From Candidatus Cloacimonadales bacterium (GTDB taxonomy: Bacteria; Cloacimonadota; Cloacimonadia; Cloacimonadales; JAIOQZ01): 64,000 nucleotides of DNA. Positions 10,401-20,298 of this stretch are shown in pieces. The DNA is taken from NCBI GenBank assembly GCA_963665815.1, contig OY762463.1:3840001-3904000 (forward strand), read 5' to 3'. Positions within the stretch are counted from its first letter, which is position 1; every line of letters starts with the position of its first letter. Both the position numbers and the translations under genes were made by a program. The notes under the pieces were generated by a model that worked only from the letters and a program-made list of their open reading frames with translations, was not told where the DNA came from and searched no databases.

Positions 10401-10459
10401 AAAAAGGCAGGATTAGAACCTGCCTTGACCCAACACAAAAAACTTTTCTTAAATATCTA

Positions 10460-12400
10460 TCAAATTGATATGTTCTGTTTATTTCCGAAATCAAACTTCC
10501 ATTTATCAACAATATCTATAATATCAGCTATTTCTTCTCTTGTGAACTCTATCTTATTCTTGTTCTTACTGCTGATATAATCTTCAAGTGAACTGAATTC
10601 TCTTGAATCAACCAGTTTCAGTAATTCAAGTCCCTCTGCATAGTCCTTTCTTAAAAGAAGTTCTCGCAGAACAGATGGAGTTCTTACAGATCCAATTTCA
10701 CCTGGATTATCAATGTATAAACGTTTCATAGTGTTATACATACCGCAGGACGCCATGATTCTGACAATATTGCTTTTGGTTGTACCTATTAAAAAGCTGT
10801 TATTATCATCAATATAGCTCCAGGCATTTTTGACTAAGACTTTAGCCTTATCTTTATCCCCCGATATGTAATATACTGATGCTATTTCAGATAACAATTC
10901 AGCTCCTCTTGAATTCTGCGGAATTTCATCAAGAAATCGGTTTATCCTTTTCAGCATAGAGGAAGTCTGAGTTCTATTATCTGCTTCAATATATGCCTTT
11001 GCTGATGCACACATTACTGACACTTTCGCAATAGTGCTTCCTGATGATTCTATTAGTCTTTCAAGTTCATCGGTCATGTTTTTCTCGGCAAAGATTTTTG
11101 CCAGATTATTCCTGTATCTGTGAAAAGAAGAACTTTTCAATCTTTTATTCATGAGTGAATGGATTTTCCCGAATTTTAGAATACTAATATTGTCGGCAGC
11201 TTCGTCTGTACTGCAGGAATCCGGAATATCAACTGTTACAAATTGCCTGTCTATTTGATCAGCCCATTCACTATACCCTTTTTTATACATGTTTTCAACA
11301 AGTCTGTATAACGCAAAGTCATCTTTTTTTATGTATTCTGCTGTATTTAAAAAATCTTCTTTTAATGTTATAATTCTATTGTCTATTTTGTATTTATTGA
11401 TGTAATTAATTGAAAATGAAGCTTGGGTAGAGTCTTTGATCTTCTTCTGTAGTTCTTCTGCTTTTTCTAACTTATCTTCTTTCAACAAATATGATATTGC
11501 ACTGGTGTAAACTCTTTCCGCAGGATTCAGAGTTGGTAATCCTGCTGCGGAAACTAAACTTTTGGGTGAAGGTTTAATTTTATCTGCAATATCAATAGCC
11601 TTTTCTATCTTGGATGTTTTAATATAACTAATTGCCAGATAAATCCATGAATCCTCAACCTTGTGGTTAACAAGAGAACCAAAAGCAAATCGTTTCAGTG
11701 TGCCCTTCAAGCCTTTTTCTTTAAGGAATATTGATTTCACTTCACTCTCGTTAGACAGACATAATTCTATCAACTCGTACAGCTTTTCAGAAGCTGTTAT
11801 GTTATCTGAATTGTAAAACGACTCTGCTATTTTGCATAATGCAGAAATCCATGTTTTATGTTCTGCATTATATTTTGAGTCTATCAGCAAGGTTGTGAGT
11901 GTGGCTTTTCTGTATTCTCCGCATTTTGTATAACCCTCAACAAGATCGCATAATGGGAAAGCTCCAACTCCACTTGAATTATCCAAGGCAGTACTAAATT
12001 CTTTTTTTGCTGTTTCAGATGAATTTGAGTCAGAGTTAAAGTTGACTATAGCATCATTGTTTAACTTTGATGTATAGGGTCTGAATCGGTATGCTTCATA
12101 AATTGCATCCAGGGGATTTTTGTAAGGATCAAATTCTATTTGGGCTTTCTCGTTTTTCAGATGATTGCTCAGTGCCTGTATCTGAGATTTGTACAAGGAT
12201 GAATCAGCAAGCACATAGCTTCTCATAAGCTCATTTTTGGCGATCAGTTCAATATTTTCCATCTCCGGAATGTTTTCAATATCATTAATGAAGCTTTCTA
12301 ATGATTCTATCAGAGAAGGATGGGTTTCATTGCTGCCTGCACAACTTGAGATTAAGAGAATTACTATGAATAATAATGCGTATATACTAAATCTTGTCAT
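10460..12400 (-). CDS. hypothetical lipoprotein, alpha-helical/TPR-like repeats
   Basis: Lipobox ISSC after a hydrophobic stretch; helical repeats such as LLSEIASVYYISGDKDKA. Confidence 0.7.
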   Translation of the reverse strand: MTRFSIYALLFIVILLISSCAGSNETHPSLIESLESFINDIENIPEMENIELIAKNELMRSYVLADSSLYKSQIQALSNHLKNEKAQIEFDPYKNPLDAIYEAYRFRPYTSKLNNDAIVNFNSDSNSSETAKKEFSTALDNSSGVGAFPLCDLVEGYTKCGEYRKATLTTLLIDSKYNAEHKTWISALCKIAESFYNSDNITASEKLYELIELCLSNESEVKSIFLKEKGLKGTLKRFAFGSLVNHKVEDSWIYLAISYIKTSKIEKAIDIADKIKPSPKSLVSAAGLPTLNPAERVYTSAISYLLKEDKLEKAEELQKKIKDSTQASFSINYINKYKIDNRIITLKEDFLNTAEYIKKDDFALYRLVENMYKKGYSEWADQIDRQFVTVDIPDSCSTDEAADNISILKFGKIHSLMNKRLKSSSFHRYRNNLAKIFAEKNMTDELERLIESSGSTIAKVSVMCASAKAYIEADNRTQTSSMLKRINRFLDEIPQNSRGAELLSEIASVYYISGDKDKAKVLVKNAWSYIDDNNSFLIGTTKSNIVRIMASCGMYNTMKRLYIDNPGEIGSVRTPSVLRELLLRKDYAEGLELLKLVDSREFSSLEDYISSKNKNKIEFTREEIADIIDIVDKWKFDFGNKQNISI

Positions 12401-12412
12401 TAGTTGCTCCTT

Positions 12413-13141
12413 CTATGCTTCTCTTTTAGGGATCAGGAAGAAAATCCCTGATATCAGTATTGGTAACGGCAGAACAGAGTAAAATGTTATTCCCCATAAG
12501 AACAGATTCAGTCTGGATGTCTTGAATTCCAGGAAGTGAACCAGAGCTGCGATGTCCGGGAACAGGTACATGATGAATATGCCCAATGCAATAAAAAGTA
12601 CTCCGCTTATTTTAGGAAACTTGAAAGAAATAAGCTCAATCAGGAATAGTATACCGAATATTGTTGTGTAAATCATTGCGTCTGCAAATGAGTTGCTGGA
12701 AATCAGAAACAATGCGAACCACAACGACAGCACTATACCGGAAACTATTCTGGCTGCTTTTGCTGAGCTGTATGCGCTGAATGTATTGAATATAAACTTT
12801 GTCATAAGGGGTACAATTAGCAAAACCTGAAATTCCGCAGGAGGTTTTTCTCCGAATCTTATGTATTTGGCAATCATTATCAAGATTACCAGAATAAGAA
12901 ATGTGTGAAAACCTATATGACTGCTGAATCTGCTGAAATGTAGCTGAAGTTCGTCAATCTCTCTCTGTCTGGTTAGCTCGAAAACAAGGGGCAGGATGAT
13001 GATGGCTGAGGCTGAAGCTGTCAGTAATATGATTTTAGCTGATGCAGAATCAACAAAACCTGTGCAGATTGATGCTATGATAAGCAGTAAAAGCCATATA
13101 CTCCCTATAAAACTGTACTTTTGCTTAAATTTGTTATACAT
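12413..13141 (-). CDS. multi-pass membrane protein (DUF2178-like N-terminus)
   Basis: About 7-8 hydrophobic segments; 'IDE' after TM2; GGAGG before ATG 13141; overlaps the HTH gene. Confidence 0.7.
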   Translation of the reverse strand: MYNKFKQKYSFIGSIWLLLLIIASICTGFVDSASAKIILLTASASAIIILPLVFELTRQREIDELQLHFSRFSSHIGFHTFLILVILIMIAKYIRFGEKPPAEFQVLLIVPLMTKFIFNTFSAYSSAKAARIVSGIVLSLWFALFLISSNSFADAMIYTTIFGILFLIELISFKFPKISGVLFIALGIFIMYLFPDIAALVHFLEFKTSRLNLFLWGITFYSVLPLPILISGIFFLIPKREA

Positions 13142-13361
13142 TTTTTCCTCCATTTAACTCTGATTCATCAAGCTGAAAAAGATCTTCCACCTTACAATTC
13201 AAAACATGAGCAAGTCGCAGTGCCAGCTTCACAGACGGATTGAACTTGCCTTTCTCTATATAGGCAATAGTCTGACGGGTGGCATCCACCTTGTCTCCCA
13301 GACCCTGCTGAGTTAACTCTCCACTGATGAATCTGTGATATTTAACATTGTTTTTCATCAC
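13134..13361 (-). CDS. XRE/Cro-CI family HTH transcriptional regulator
   Basis: LTQQGLGDKVDATRQTIAYIEKGKFNPSVKLALRLA..VEDLF. Confidence 0.92.
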   Translation of the reverse strand: MMKNNVKYHRFISGELTQQGLGDKVDATRQTIAYIEKGKFNPSVKLALRLAHVLNCKVEDLFQLDESELNGGKNV

Positions 13362-13380
13362 TTCTCCTTATTTGAGTCAA

Positions 13381-13421
13381 AATGTAAACAATACTTAACA
13401 TGATGTCAAGAAAATTATACA
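13381..13421 (-). promoter_or_regulatory. sigma70 promoter overlapped by two imperfect palindromic operators
   Basis: Minus strand TTGACA(13409-13404)-17 nt-TACATT; palindromes TGTAAA-N6-TTAACA (13383-13400) and TGTCAA-N6-TATACA (13404-13421). Confidence 0.6.
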
Positions 13422-13616
13422 TAATGGAATGTATTAATTGCACAAGAAAACTGCTTAATGTGAAGTTAACTCGAAGAATATTAGACAATTATGTTTCAAT
13501 TTCATGGAGAGTTTTTTTTCTCAGTGACAAAGAGGTGTTTTTCATCCGTCACATTAAGATTTACAATAGAATTTGATTCTGAGAGCTAAATTTCATCCAA
13601 TCTTGACACAAAAAGC

Positions 13617-14234
13617 ATGATTATAAAATCTATTCACATGAAGATAATAAGAAAATACTTTATAATCATAGTTTCAATGCTGATCAGTTCTATTCTGTAT
13701 GCACATCCGCATATATTTGTGAGTATTGATTCACAAATTGTGTTTACAGATACTGATCTGGAGAAAATCCATTTTAAATGGGTTTTTGATGATATGACCA
13801 GTTTTGGCATTCTCGAAGAATTCGATACAAACTCTGATGACAATATTGATGGTGAAGAGCTGGTAGAGACTCAGAATGTTTTTGTAGAAAACCAATCGGA
13901 CAAGAACTTCTATGTTCACCTGTTTATCAATGATTCTCTGAGAACAATAAGCAAAATTGAGAACTTCTCCACATATTTCGATGGTATATACATGAATTAT
14001 GAGTTCGACGTACTTTTAGATATTCCTATCATCAGCCTGAAAGATGATATAAGATTACTTATGTACGATGAGGAAAATTACGTGAAAGTAATGCTGCATA
14101 AGGATAAAGCTGTAGAAATTGTGAAACCTGATTCTGCAGAAATAACCTTTGAGCGTTTCTTTAACAAAGAGATTTCTTACTATTACGGACAGCTTAATCC
14201 GGAAGAAATTAAGATAAAGATATCCGGGGAATAG
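13617..14234 (+). CDS. DUF1007 family periplasmic protein
   Basis: Signal peptide then AHPHIF..W.FD motif; adjacent to a Ni/Co transporter; start may be 13638. Confidence 0.85.
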   Translation: MIIKSIHMKIIRKYFIIIVSMLISSILYAHPHIFVSIDSQIVFTDTDLEKIHFKWVFDDMTSFGILEEFDTNSDDNIDGEELVETQNVFVENQSDKNFYVHLFINDSLRTISKIENFSTYFDGIYMNYEFDVLLDIPIISLKDDIRLLMYDEENYVKVMLHKDKAVEIVKPDSAEITFERFFNKEISYYYGQLNPEEIKIKISGE

Positions 14235-14237
14235 CTC

Positions 14238-15074
14238 ATGAATAAAACAATTATAGTAGCTTTAATTATACTGTTTACAGCATCTCTGATATTGGCAGAT
14301 ACTCATAATAAATCATATAAAAATGATGGACCCGGATGGTTCCAGAGAGTAATCGAGAAGAACAGCATTAAACAATTGGAGATTCGTACGGAAATCTCAG
14401 GGAAAATGAGAGCATTAAAGAAAGGGCATGATTTTGGATTGATGATGTCAATATTGATGGTTGCTTTCATATATGGTATATTCCATGCGATTGGTCCGGG
14501 ACACGGAAAACTGGTTATATCAAGTTATATGCTGGCAGATGATGTCAAAGTCTGGAAAGGGATTACCGGTGGGACAGTTTTTGCCTTTGTGCACTCTATT
14601 TCCGGGATTGTGCTCGTTATGATTCTCAAGCTGCTGAGTAAGAATGTGTTCAGGGAATCTGACAAGTTTGTAGAGATGGCATCCAAAATCAGTTTTGGAA
14701 TACTGATATTGCTTGGGATCTATTTTCTGATTATGACTTTTCGTAGAGGTTCAGAGCATACTCATGGAAATAAGAACCTGTTTGTGACAATTCTGTCTGT
14801 TGCTCTTGTACCTTGTCCGGGAAGTGTAATAATCTCATTATTTGCCATGCGAATGGAAATGTTCAATTTTGGGATTGTGATGATTCTTTCCATGGCTCTG
14901 GGAATGGCAGTTGTGATTTCAGCTATCAGTCTGCTGACAATTTCGCTGAAAGAATCTGCTTTCAGAGTATTTCTGAATAACGAGAAGATGAAAGCCGGTC
15001 TTGTAAAAGGGATCAGGATTTTTGGAAGCATTTTGATGATACTGCTGGCGTTTCTATTTCTGTTGATGGGGTGA
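14238..15074 (+). CDS. NicO/RcnA-like nickel/cobalt transporter
   Basis: YGIFHAIGPGHGK, His-containing loop, LVPCPGS, MALGM. Confidence 0.9.
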   Translation: MNKTIIVALIILFTASLILADTHNKSYKNDGPGWFQRVIEKNSIKQLEIRTEISGKMRALKKGHDFGLMMSILMVAFIYGIFHAIGPGHGKLVISSYMLADDVKVWKGITGGTVFAFVHSISGIVLVMILKLLSKNVFRESDKFVEMASKISFGILILLGIYFLIMTFRRGSEHTHGNKNLFVTILSVALVPCPGSVIISLFAMRMEMFNFGIVMILSMALGMAVVISAISLLTISLKESAFRVFLNNEKMKAGLVKGIRIFGSILMILLAFLFLLMG

Positions 15075-15360
15075 AAGTAGATTCCGCTGAAGGATTACTT
15101 GATTGGTGGGCTTAAGCCACGGAAATTTATTAACCTCTGACTCCGATTCGTCAATCGGAGCCATCTCCCTGTTAGGGAGAACATTGTCAATGCACACCAA
15201 AATAGCACTTAGTATTTGTTAAACCGTTTGTTTTATTCTATGTCTGAACCTTGGTACTATTAAATAACCTTAGCGATGGGGTAAAAATATCTACTAAAAA
15301 AAAAGACCATCACCGAGGCAATGGTCTACTACGTTTAAGTATATGTCTGCACATTAAATG

Positions 15361-16320
15361 TTATTCGTCACTTCCGGTAAGGTCAATGTTACGGCTTTTG
15401 AATCCGTATCCCATTACATCCCATACGTCTGTCAGAATCATGAATGCTTTGGAATCAATATCCTTTGTTATATCTCTGAGCATGGAAACCTGTCTACGGT
15501 TAAGAGCACAGAAGAGAACCTTCAATGGATTTCCTGTGTATCCGCCTTCTGCATGGAAGAACGTAACACCACGCCCCAGCTTATCATAAATCTGTTCTTT
15601 TATCAGATCAGATTTTTCTGAGATAATGTATACACCTTTAACATAAGGGAGACCTTCACTGGTAATGTCAGTAATCTTAGCTGTAATAAAGAGGTTAACA
15701 TAGCCCCAGATTATCAGCTTGAGATCCTTAAAAACAAGCCCGACTGTCAATATAATAAGAGTCTCAACAATCCAGTAACCTGTACCAATTGAGAGTCCTG
15801 TTTTCTGTTTAATGATTGCTACAGGAATATCTGTACCGCCTGTTGAACCCTTGAATCGGAAAATCAATCCAAGTCCGAAACCAAGTAAAACTGAACCAGC
15901 TATTGCAGATAGATATATATCCTGTGGTCCGAGCATTGCAACAATCTTTTCACCGTTTACCATAAACGTAAATGGATCCAGATCCTTGATTATTCCTATT
16001 TTATGAAGTGTTGTCAAGTCAACTGCGTCAATCATCAATGATCCTACGAACATACCGTAGAATGATCTGAATCCAAACCTTTTACCCATTACAAAATAAC
16101 TTACAATGAATAAAGGGATATTGAATATCAGCATCGACATACCGACAGGCAGATGAAAAAGGTGAAAAAGGATCTGTGCCAGACCACCGACTCCACCCGG
16201 TGAAATCTTATAAGGAACGAGAAACCATGAATACGCAATAGCAAAGACTATTGCACCAAGCCAGATACCTATCAACTGCTTAATGTTTCTGGTTAAATTC
16301 TTTTTCATTATCAGCTCCAT
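15361..16320 (-). CDS. YitT family membrane protein (DUF161 + DUF2179)
   Basis: PGGVGG, NIPLF, GSTGGTDI, RGVT..GGYTG, ID.KAF. Confidence 0.92.
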   Translation of the reverse strand: MELIMKKNLTRNIKQLIGIWLGAIVFAIAYSWFLVPYKISPGGVGGLAQILFHLFHLPVGMSMLIFNIPLFIVSYFVMGKRFGFRSFYGMFVGSLMIDAVDLTTLHKIGIIKDLDPFTFMVNGEKIVAMLGPQDIYLSAIAGSVLLGFGLGLIFRFKGSTGGTDIPVAIIKQKTGLSIGTGYWIVETLIILTVGLVFKDLKLIIWGYVNLFITAKITDITSEGLPYVKGVYIISEKSDLIKEQIYDKLGRGVTFFHAEGGYTGNPLKVLFCALNRRQVSMLRDITKDIDSKAFMILTDVWDVMGYGFKSRNIDLTGSDE

Positions 16321-16470
16321 TTTTGTTATTCGAGACGCACTTTTAATTTAGCCTTTTTGCCGTCAATGTAAAAGTAAATAATTTTATTTCAATAATTTAA
16401 TGTTAATTGATGTCATTTACAAAATTAATAAACATATTCTGAGTTAATCGTGTGGATCAATATATATATC

Positions 16471-16659
16471 AATTGATTACTTTCATTTTCTTTATATGAC
16501 TAAAGAAAACTAAACAAAAGAAACGACATCTTTTTCAGATGTATTTCCAGCCAGCTGGAACCACAAATCTTTCCTAAAATCCTTCCAAGGCTTCAGGATT
16601 TCTAAACGGAAAGATTTCTTATACAAGAGAAAAAGAGACAGTAGGTGCAAAGCCTTAAA
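16471..16659. repeat. dispersed structured repeat, copy 2
   Basis: Homologous to 4508-4704 in the same orientation, with compensatory changes in the stems. Confidence 0.8.
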
Positions 16660-17032
16660 TTCTTAATAATGAATTTATATAATTGTGATTCATTTAACTT
16701 TTTAATTTACTGATAATGTTAAAAATAGATATAAACATCAAGATCTGCTGCTTCCATTTTGCAATACTTTTCAATGCAGTAAGACTACTTGTATTAATAA
16801 ATATTAAATATACATACTTAAGGAATGTACATTGGTCTCCTTTCAAGGAAAATCTTCAAGATATAGGCAATTGCACATAATTTTTTTACATAATTTCTCA
16901 TTCATATTAATTATTGTCATTTCCAAAATTTATATGCTGATATCCTTTATCGGAAAATATTTCCACTTTTGGTAACAGGGTTAAGAAGCCCTAACATGTG
17001 TTATAACAGGGTGATAAAGTATAAATATTTTT

Positions 17033-17048
17033 TGGCATCGGGTTTGCT
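17033..17048 (+). promoter_or_regulatory. sigma54 (-24/-12) promoter of the flg cluster
   Basis: TGGCATCGGGTTTGCT: GG at 17034-35 and GC at 17046-47 with the canonical 10-nt spacing. Confidence 0.8.
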
Positions 17049-17071
17049 CTATATAGGTCGAGGTGAATAAA

Positions 17072-17926
17072 ATGGTAAAAGGATTATATCAGAATTCTTC
17101 TTCTATGCAGATGCTGCTGACGAAGATGGATGTATTGTCAAACAATCTGGCTAATGCATCTACGGCAGGATACAAAAGGAAAGATGTTTTCTTCCGGGAA
17201 TTGATTTCTCAGAAGCAGTCTCTCGAAGAAAACAGAATACAAGCTAAGAATTACAGGGGACAGGATTATACTGTTAACGAGGATAATCCTTATCAAAGAA
17301 AAGCTCCTCTGCACACAATTGATACGAATTTTATCAAACAGAAAAGATTATGCTGTCAGGATAAAGGCTATTTCGTTTCCACTCCCATGCTTACAGGAAG
17401 TTATACAGATAACTCCGCTGGGAGAATACGAGAAACAGGTAACCCTCTCAATATTGCAATAACCAGCGAGAGAGGATATTTCACAATACAGACTCCTGAA
17501 GGACAAGGATATACCAGAAACGGTGAATTTTCCATTAATAGTGAAGGTTATATGGTGAATGCCAATGGATATTATGTTCTTGGCGAATCAGGACCTATTC
17601 AAGTTACCGGATCAGATCTGGCAGTAAGTCCTGAGGGGCACATTATCATAGACAACACGATCCAGAATAAATTTCTCATCAGTGATTTCAACGATACGGA
17701 ATTGCTGCAGATTAAAAACGGGCTGGTAGTTCCAAAGGATGAGTCAGTAAAACCTGAGCCGGTGAATGCTGATATCTTGCAGGGATATGTGGAAGATTCC
17801 AATGTCAGTATCGTTAGAGAAATGGTTGGTATGATCACAACTCAGCGTCATTACGAATCAAACAGTAAACTGATGACAAGTCAGGATCATACTTTACAGA
17901 AATCATGTAATGATATAGGTAAATAA
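17072..17926 (+). CDS. flgF: flagellar basal-body rod protein FlgF (FlgF/G family)
   Basis: SNNLANASTAGYK, TGNPLNIAI, YTRNGEF, QGYVEDSNV..EMVGMI; ATG 17072 after GAGGTG; precedes flgG. Confidence 0.85.
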   Translation: MVKGLYQNSSSMQMLLTKMDVLSNNLANASTAGYKRKDVFFRELISQKQSLEENRIQAKNYRGQDYTVNEDNPYQRKAPLHTIDTNFIKQKRLCCQDKGYFVSTPMLTGSYTDNSAGRIRETGNPLNIAITSERGYFTIQTPEGQGYTRNGEFSINSEGYMVNANGYYVLGESGPIQVTGSDLAVSPEGHIIIDNTIQNKFLISDFNDTELLQIKNGLVVPKDESVKPEPVNADILQGYVEDSNVSIVREMVGMITTQRHYESNSKLMTSQDHTLQKSCNDIGK

Positions 17927-17937
17927 AGGAGATTATT

Positions 17938-18726
17938 ATGATAAGAGCATTATATAATGGAGCAAGCGGGATGTATGCACAGCAACTGAATATAGATAAT
18001 ATATCTAATAATCTCGCTAACATAAACACTACAGGTTATAAGAAGTCCAGAGTACAGTTTCAGGATTTAATGTATCAGACACTTAAAGAAGCCGGTTCAG
18101 CAACATCAGAGAATACTAAGCGTCCTGTTGAACTTGCAGTTGGCTCGGGAGTTAAACCTGTTGCAACTCAGAGAAGTTTTACAGTAGGTACACCTACTAA
18201 TACAAATAACCCTCTTGACATTGCTATTACCGGAGACGGTTTTTTTCAGATGGTAGATGGTAATGGTGACATAGTTTACTCTCGTGATGGATCATTCAAG
18301 ATTGATGGAGATGGCACAATTGTTAATGCACAGGGACTGAAGCTTGAACCGGGAATAACAATTCCGGCTGATGCAGAAGCAATCAGTATTTCATCTGATG
18401 GTATTGTAACTGTCAGATTATATGGAAGTTCAGACTCTGAAGAAGTAGGGCAGGTTGATCTGGCACGCTTTGTTAATCCTGCCGGTTTACGTTCAGCAGG
18501 TGGAAACACATATGAACAGACAGAGGCATCCGGTGAAGCAATAATCGGAACACCAGGTACAGAAACTTTCGGTGCTCTGGAACAGGGCTGGGTTGAGTCA
18601 TCAAACGTTGTAATTGTTGAAGAAATGGTAAACATGATCATGGCTCAGAGAGCTTACGACCTTAACTCAAAAGCTGTTACAACATCAGATAAACTTATTG
18701 AAACAGCAAACAATCTTAAAAGGTAG
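17938..18726 (+). CDS. flgG: flagellar basal-body rod protein FlgG
   Basis: ISNNLANINTTGYKKSRVQFQDLMYQ, YSRDGSF, FVNPAGL, EEMVNMIMAQRAYDLNSK. Confidence 0.96.
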   Translation: MIRALYNGASGMYAQQLNIDNISNNLANINTTGYKKSRVQFQDLMYQTLKEAGSATSENTKRPVELAVGSGVKPVATQRSFTVGTPTNTNNPLDIAITGDGFFQMVDGNGDIVYSRDGSFKIDGDGTIVNAQGLKLEPGITIPADAEAISISSDGIVTVRLYGSSDSEEVGQVDLARFVNPAGLRSAGGNTYEQTEASGEAIIGTPGTETFGALEQGWVESSNVVIVEEMVNMIMAQRAYDLNSKAVTTSDKLIETANNLKR

Positions 18727-18732
18727 TACGAA

Positions 18733-19674
18733 ATGAAACTAATGAAGATATTTGCAACACTCCTGTTTATTTCAGCGGTGTGCTTTGTTTCAGCAACAGA
18801 ACATGAGTATGTTCTCAAGAAACGTGCATCTGTATCTTCCAAACTCATTAAGCTTTCAGATGTTATTGAGAATTCCGGTTTATTACCTGACAAAATTGCT
18901 GATACTATTATAGACTCTCTGGCGTTTAAAAGTGTATTCAAAAATATACATTCCAAGAATGTTCAGATTATCATGAGAAGTAAATACAACGCTGAACTGG
19001 AAATTAAGAACAGTGTATGTGTTGTAAAGAGAAGCTCAAGAAAACTGAGCAAACAGGAAATTGATAAATCGGTTGCTGATTTTATCAAAAACAGATTTGG
19101 AAAATACAGCAAATTCGAATATAAAGTGCAAACATGGCCGGATATCGAAGTCCCTGAAAAGGATTTCACAATAGTTTATGATCTTCCAAGAAATCCGACA
19201 TTTTCTGATAACATCATTCTTAAAGGGAACATAATGCATGAATCAGAAAGAATTTCCGGGTTCAGCACCAGGATTACACTTTCTGTGTTTGACAACGTGT
19301 TTGTTGCTAAGAGAAGAATTAAAAGAAACTCTAAGCTTGATATGAGAGCGTTATCCATGGAAGTCCAACCTGTCAGTATCAATTCAGGTTATATTAATGA
19401 TATAAATGAGATTGAAGGCAGAATTGCTTCAAAATATATCAGACCGGGTGCTGTTATCACAAGTCAGAACACAAAAATCATTCCTGATGTATCTCGTGGA
19501 GAAACAGCAATGGTTGAAGTAAAAAGTTCAAATGTGAAGTTAGTAATCAATGCCGTTGCAAAAAAAGACGGCTATATTGGTGAAAAAATAAAATTTAAAA
19601 ATCCTGATTCCAACGAAAGCTTTATGGCAGTAATTTCAGGTAGGAAACAGGCTGTCATAGAAATGGGGGAATAA
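18733..19674 (+). CDS. flgA: flagellar P-ring formation chaperone FlgA
   Basis: Signal peptide; SAF-like C-terminus V.RGE..A.AKKDG.IGE.I..KNPDS; lies between flgG and flgH. Confidence 0.85.
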   Translation: MKLMKIFATLLFISAVCFVSATEHEYVLKKRASVSSKLIKLSDVIENSGLLPDKIADTIIDSLAFKSVFKNIHSKNVQIIMRSKYNAELEIKNSVCVVKRSSRKLSKQEIDKSVADFIKNRFGKYSKFEYKVQTWPDIEVPEKDFTIVYDLPRNPTFSDNIILKGNIMHESERISGFSTRITLSVFDNVFVAKRRIKRNSKLDMRALSMEVQPVSINSGYINDINEIEGRIASKYIRPGAVITSQNTKIIPDVSRGETAMVEVKSSNVKLVINAVAKKDGYIGEKIKFKNPDSNESFMAVISGRKQAVIEMGE

Positions 19675-20234
19675 TGAAAAAATATATAATGATAATCCTT
19701 ATAAGCGCAGCAGTAATGCTCAGTGCAGTTCCGGTAAACTCGTTTTTCTCTGATCACAAGAGTTTCAGTGTTGGTGACGTAATAACAATATTGATCATTG
19801 AACAGACAAGTGCATCATCATCAGCCGGTTCAGAAACAGATAAAAGTTTTGACCATGGACTGAATGTTGATCAGGGAATGGGAAAACTCAAGTTTATACC
19901 CATGATGTCAATGGGTGCAAAAGCAAGTAATAAAGCCAGTGGAGATGCGTCTACAAACAGAACAGGAAAGTTCGAAGGTAAGATTACAGCGAGAATAATT
20001 TCAATAGATGATAACGGAAATCTTGTGATTAAAGGTTCCAGATCACTCAAAGTGAACGGGGAAGAGGAAGTCACCTCTCTTGAAGGTATGGTGAGACCTC
20101 AGGATGTTCAAGCGGATAACTCTGTTTACTCGTACAATATTGCGGAAGCAAAGATTGAGTATAGGGGAAAGGGTGATGTTCATAACGGATCCAAAGTAGG
20201 ATTTCTAAGCAAAATTATAAACTTTATTTTCTAA
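19674..20234 (+). CDS. flgH: flagellar L-ring protein FlgH
   Basis: FSD.K..VGDVITILI.E, ITARI...NGNLVIKG....VNGE....L.G.VRPQD...NSV.S..IA.A.I.Y.G.G. Confidence 0.93.
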   Translation: MKKYIMIILISAAVMLSAVPVNSFFSDHKSFSVGDVITILIIEQTSASSSAGSETDKSFDHGLNVDQGMGKLKFIPMMSMGAKASNKASGDASTNRTGKFEGKITARIISIDDNGNLVIKGSRSLKVNGEEEVTSLEGMVRPQDVQADNSVYSYNIAEAKIEYRGKGDVHNGSKVGFLSKIINFIF

Positions 20235-20270
20235 AGATGATTGTATAATCTTCTTTTACCACCTCCAGAC

Positions 20271-20298
20271 AAGTGCAGTGAAGCAATTCATTGCACTT
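20271..20298. terminator. hairpin between convergent flgH and cdsA
   Basis: AAGTGCAGTGAA-GCAA-TTCATTGCACTT. Confidence 0.55.

Noticed and set aside
15134..15180. Twin hairpins CTCCGATT/AATCGGAG and TCTCCCT/AGGGAGA, plus the G-rich GGGGAGGTTAGGGTGAGGGG at ~45568
   Set aside because: Resemble REP-like remnants but are single, short and unsupported by second copies in this window.
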